Below, piece after piece: positions 30,748 through 32,000 of a DNA stretch of 32,000 bases (the first letter of the stretch is position 1; every line of letters begins with the position of its first letter). Position numbers and translations under genes: made by a program. Below the pieces are notes generated by a model, which saw nothing but the letters and a program-made list of their open reading frames with translations, made no database searches and had not been told where the DNA came from. Source of the stretch: Sinorhizobium meliloti (GTDB lineage Bacteria > Pseudomonadota > Alphaproteobacteria > Rhizobiales > Rhizobiaceae); assembly GCF_017876815.1 (NCBI RefSeq), contig NZ_JAGIOS010000001.1:1470001-1502000 (forward strand). Direction: 5' to 3'.

Positions 30748-32000
30748 TCAGAGTTCCCGCAGCACCGGAGCGGCCTTTTGCCCGAGGACGCGCCAGGTGC
30801 CGGCGAGGCCGATCCCGACCGTCACGACCAGCGCAAGAACGATCGTAGCGACGGCAACGTCCGGCAGGAAGCTCGAGGGCAGGGTCATGATGCGGCTGAC
30901 GACGAACCAGGCCGAAACGCCGCCGGCGAAGAGCGCGAAGACGGCAGTCGCCAGGCCGAGAATGACGTATTCGTAGCTAAAGGCGCGGATCAGGGTCGCC
31001 CGCGTCGCGCCGAGCGTCTTCAGGACCACCGCATCGTGGATGCGGGCACGGTTGCCGGCGGCAAGTGCGCCGGCGAGCACGAGGATAGACGCGATAAGCG
31101 CGACCGCCGCGGCGGCGCGCACCGCCGTTGCAAGCTGCCCGAGCAGCGTATTGACGATGTCGAGCGCGTCCTTCACACGCACGCTGGTGATCGTCGGATA
31201 GGCATTGGTCACCCTCTTCAACACCGCCGCCTCCTCCTCGGCCGAGGCGTCGGGATCGATGATGGTCGCGAGCCAGGCATGCGGGGCGCCGGCGAAGGTG
31301 TTCGGGGAGAAGACCATGACGAAATTGATCGACAGCGATTCCCACTCGACCTCGCGGAAATTGGCGATCCGGGCCGTGATGTTGCGGCCGAGCACGTTGA
31401 CGGTCACCGTATCGCCGAGCTTCAGCCCGAGTTCGCGGGCCTCCTCCGCCGAGAAGGAGACGAGCGGCTCGCCGCCATAGTCCTCGGGCCACCAGCTGCC
31501 TTCGGTGAGTTTCGAATTTTCAGGCCTGTTCCTGGCATAGGTGATGCCACGATCTCCGCGCAGCACCCATTGGCCGCCGGGGGGAACGTTGCGGCTGTTC
31601 ACATCCTCGCCGTTGAGCGCGACGATGCGCCCGCGCAGCATAGGCACTTCGATGATCTTGCCCTCCGGCATCGCTCCCGCGAGCAGGGAGCGGAAGCCTT
31701 CGATCTCGCTGCCCTGGATGTCGACGAAGAAGAAGTTGGGAGCGCGCTCGGCCATGTCGCCGGTGAGCTCGCGCCGCAGATTGCCGTCGATGAGCGCCAG
31801 CGTCACCAGAAGAGCGAGGCCGAGACCGAGCGACAGCACCACCGACGGCGTCAGGGCGCCCGGCCGGTGAATGTTGCCGATGGCCAATCTCAGCGCCGGC
31901 GAATTGACGCGCGGGCTGCGCCGCGCCAGCCAGGATATGAGGAGCGAAACCCCGCGCAGCACGATGAAGGCAAAGGCGATCGCGCCAAGGAAGATCAGCG
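30748..32000 (-). CDS. FtsX/MacB-like ABC transporter permease (YbbP-type), C-terminal part; N-terminus lies beyond the window
   Basis: The reading frame stays open past the GTG at 31962 to the window edge (upstream codons read ...LIFLGAIAFAFIV, a TM helix). It shows a large periplasmic loop followed by a three-TM FtsX domain. Confidence 0.8.
   Translation of the reverse strand, partial: LIFLGAIAFAFIVLRGVSLLISWLARRSPRVNSPALRLAIGNIHRPGALTPSVVLSLGLGLALLVTLALIDGNLRRELTGDMAERAPNFFFVDIQGSEIEGFRSLLAGAMPEGKIIEVPMLRGRIVALNGEDVNSRNVPPGGQWVLRGDRGITYARNRPENSKLTEGSWWPEDYGGEPLVSFSAEEARELGLKLGDTVTVNVLGRNITARIANFREVEWESLSINFVMVFSPNTFAGAPHAWLATIIDPDASAEEEAAVLKRVTNAYPTITSVRVKDALDIVNTLLGQLATAVRAAAAVALIASILVLAGALAAGNRARIHDAVVLKTLGATRATLIRAFSYEYVILGLATAVFALFAGGVSAWFVVSRIMTLPSSFLPDVAVATIVLALVVTVGIGLAGTWRVLGQKAAPVLREL

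Overview
This is a high-GC (about 62%) alphaproteobacterial chromosomal segment. Gene order and repeat content look like Rhizobiaceae (Sinorhizobium/Ensifer-like), but that assignment comes from memory, not a search. The window is almost entirely conserved housekeeping genes. In order: a TPP-riboswitch-led thiBPQ thiamine importer divergent from a GNAT, thiamine pyrophosphokinase and an ABC-F ATPase; an amino-acid ABC binding protein and permease pair; the ffh-chorismate mutase-rpsP-rimM-trmD cluster with rplS split off by an opposite-strand TauE/SafE gene; dapF-mtaB-ftsY-yciB-DUF2585; ccmABCDG; acnA; DUF1223; DUF2794; arsR-SRPBCC-clpP; a PAT-type acetyltransferase; a BI-1/YbhL membrane protein; and a truncated FtsX-like permease at the right edge. 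I see no rRNA, tRNA, CRISPR array, IS element, integrase or phage genes. I found no convincing novel multi-gene system. The best leads are small-scale:
1. Three copies of a GC-rich hairpin repeat embedded in frame in the acidic N-terminal domain of ftsY.
2. A promoter-to-terminator unit (candidate sRNA or ffh leader/attenuator) in the dapF-ffh spacer.
3. A Cys-free ArsR with a perfect inverted-repeat operator heading an SRPBCC and orphan clpP unit.
4. A structured leader upstream of the ybhL-like gene.
5. REP/RIME-like palindromes in several spacers.
The many long ORFs antisense to real genes are treated as high-GC artefacts. Start codons were refined by hand from the ORF track, which prints M for GTG/TTG starts, and several remain uncertain by a few codons.
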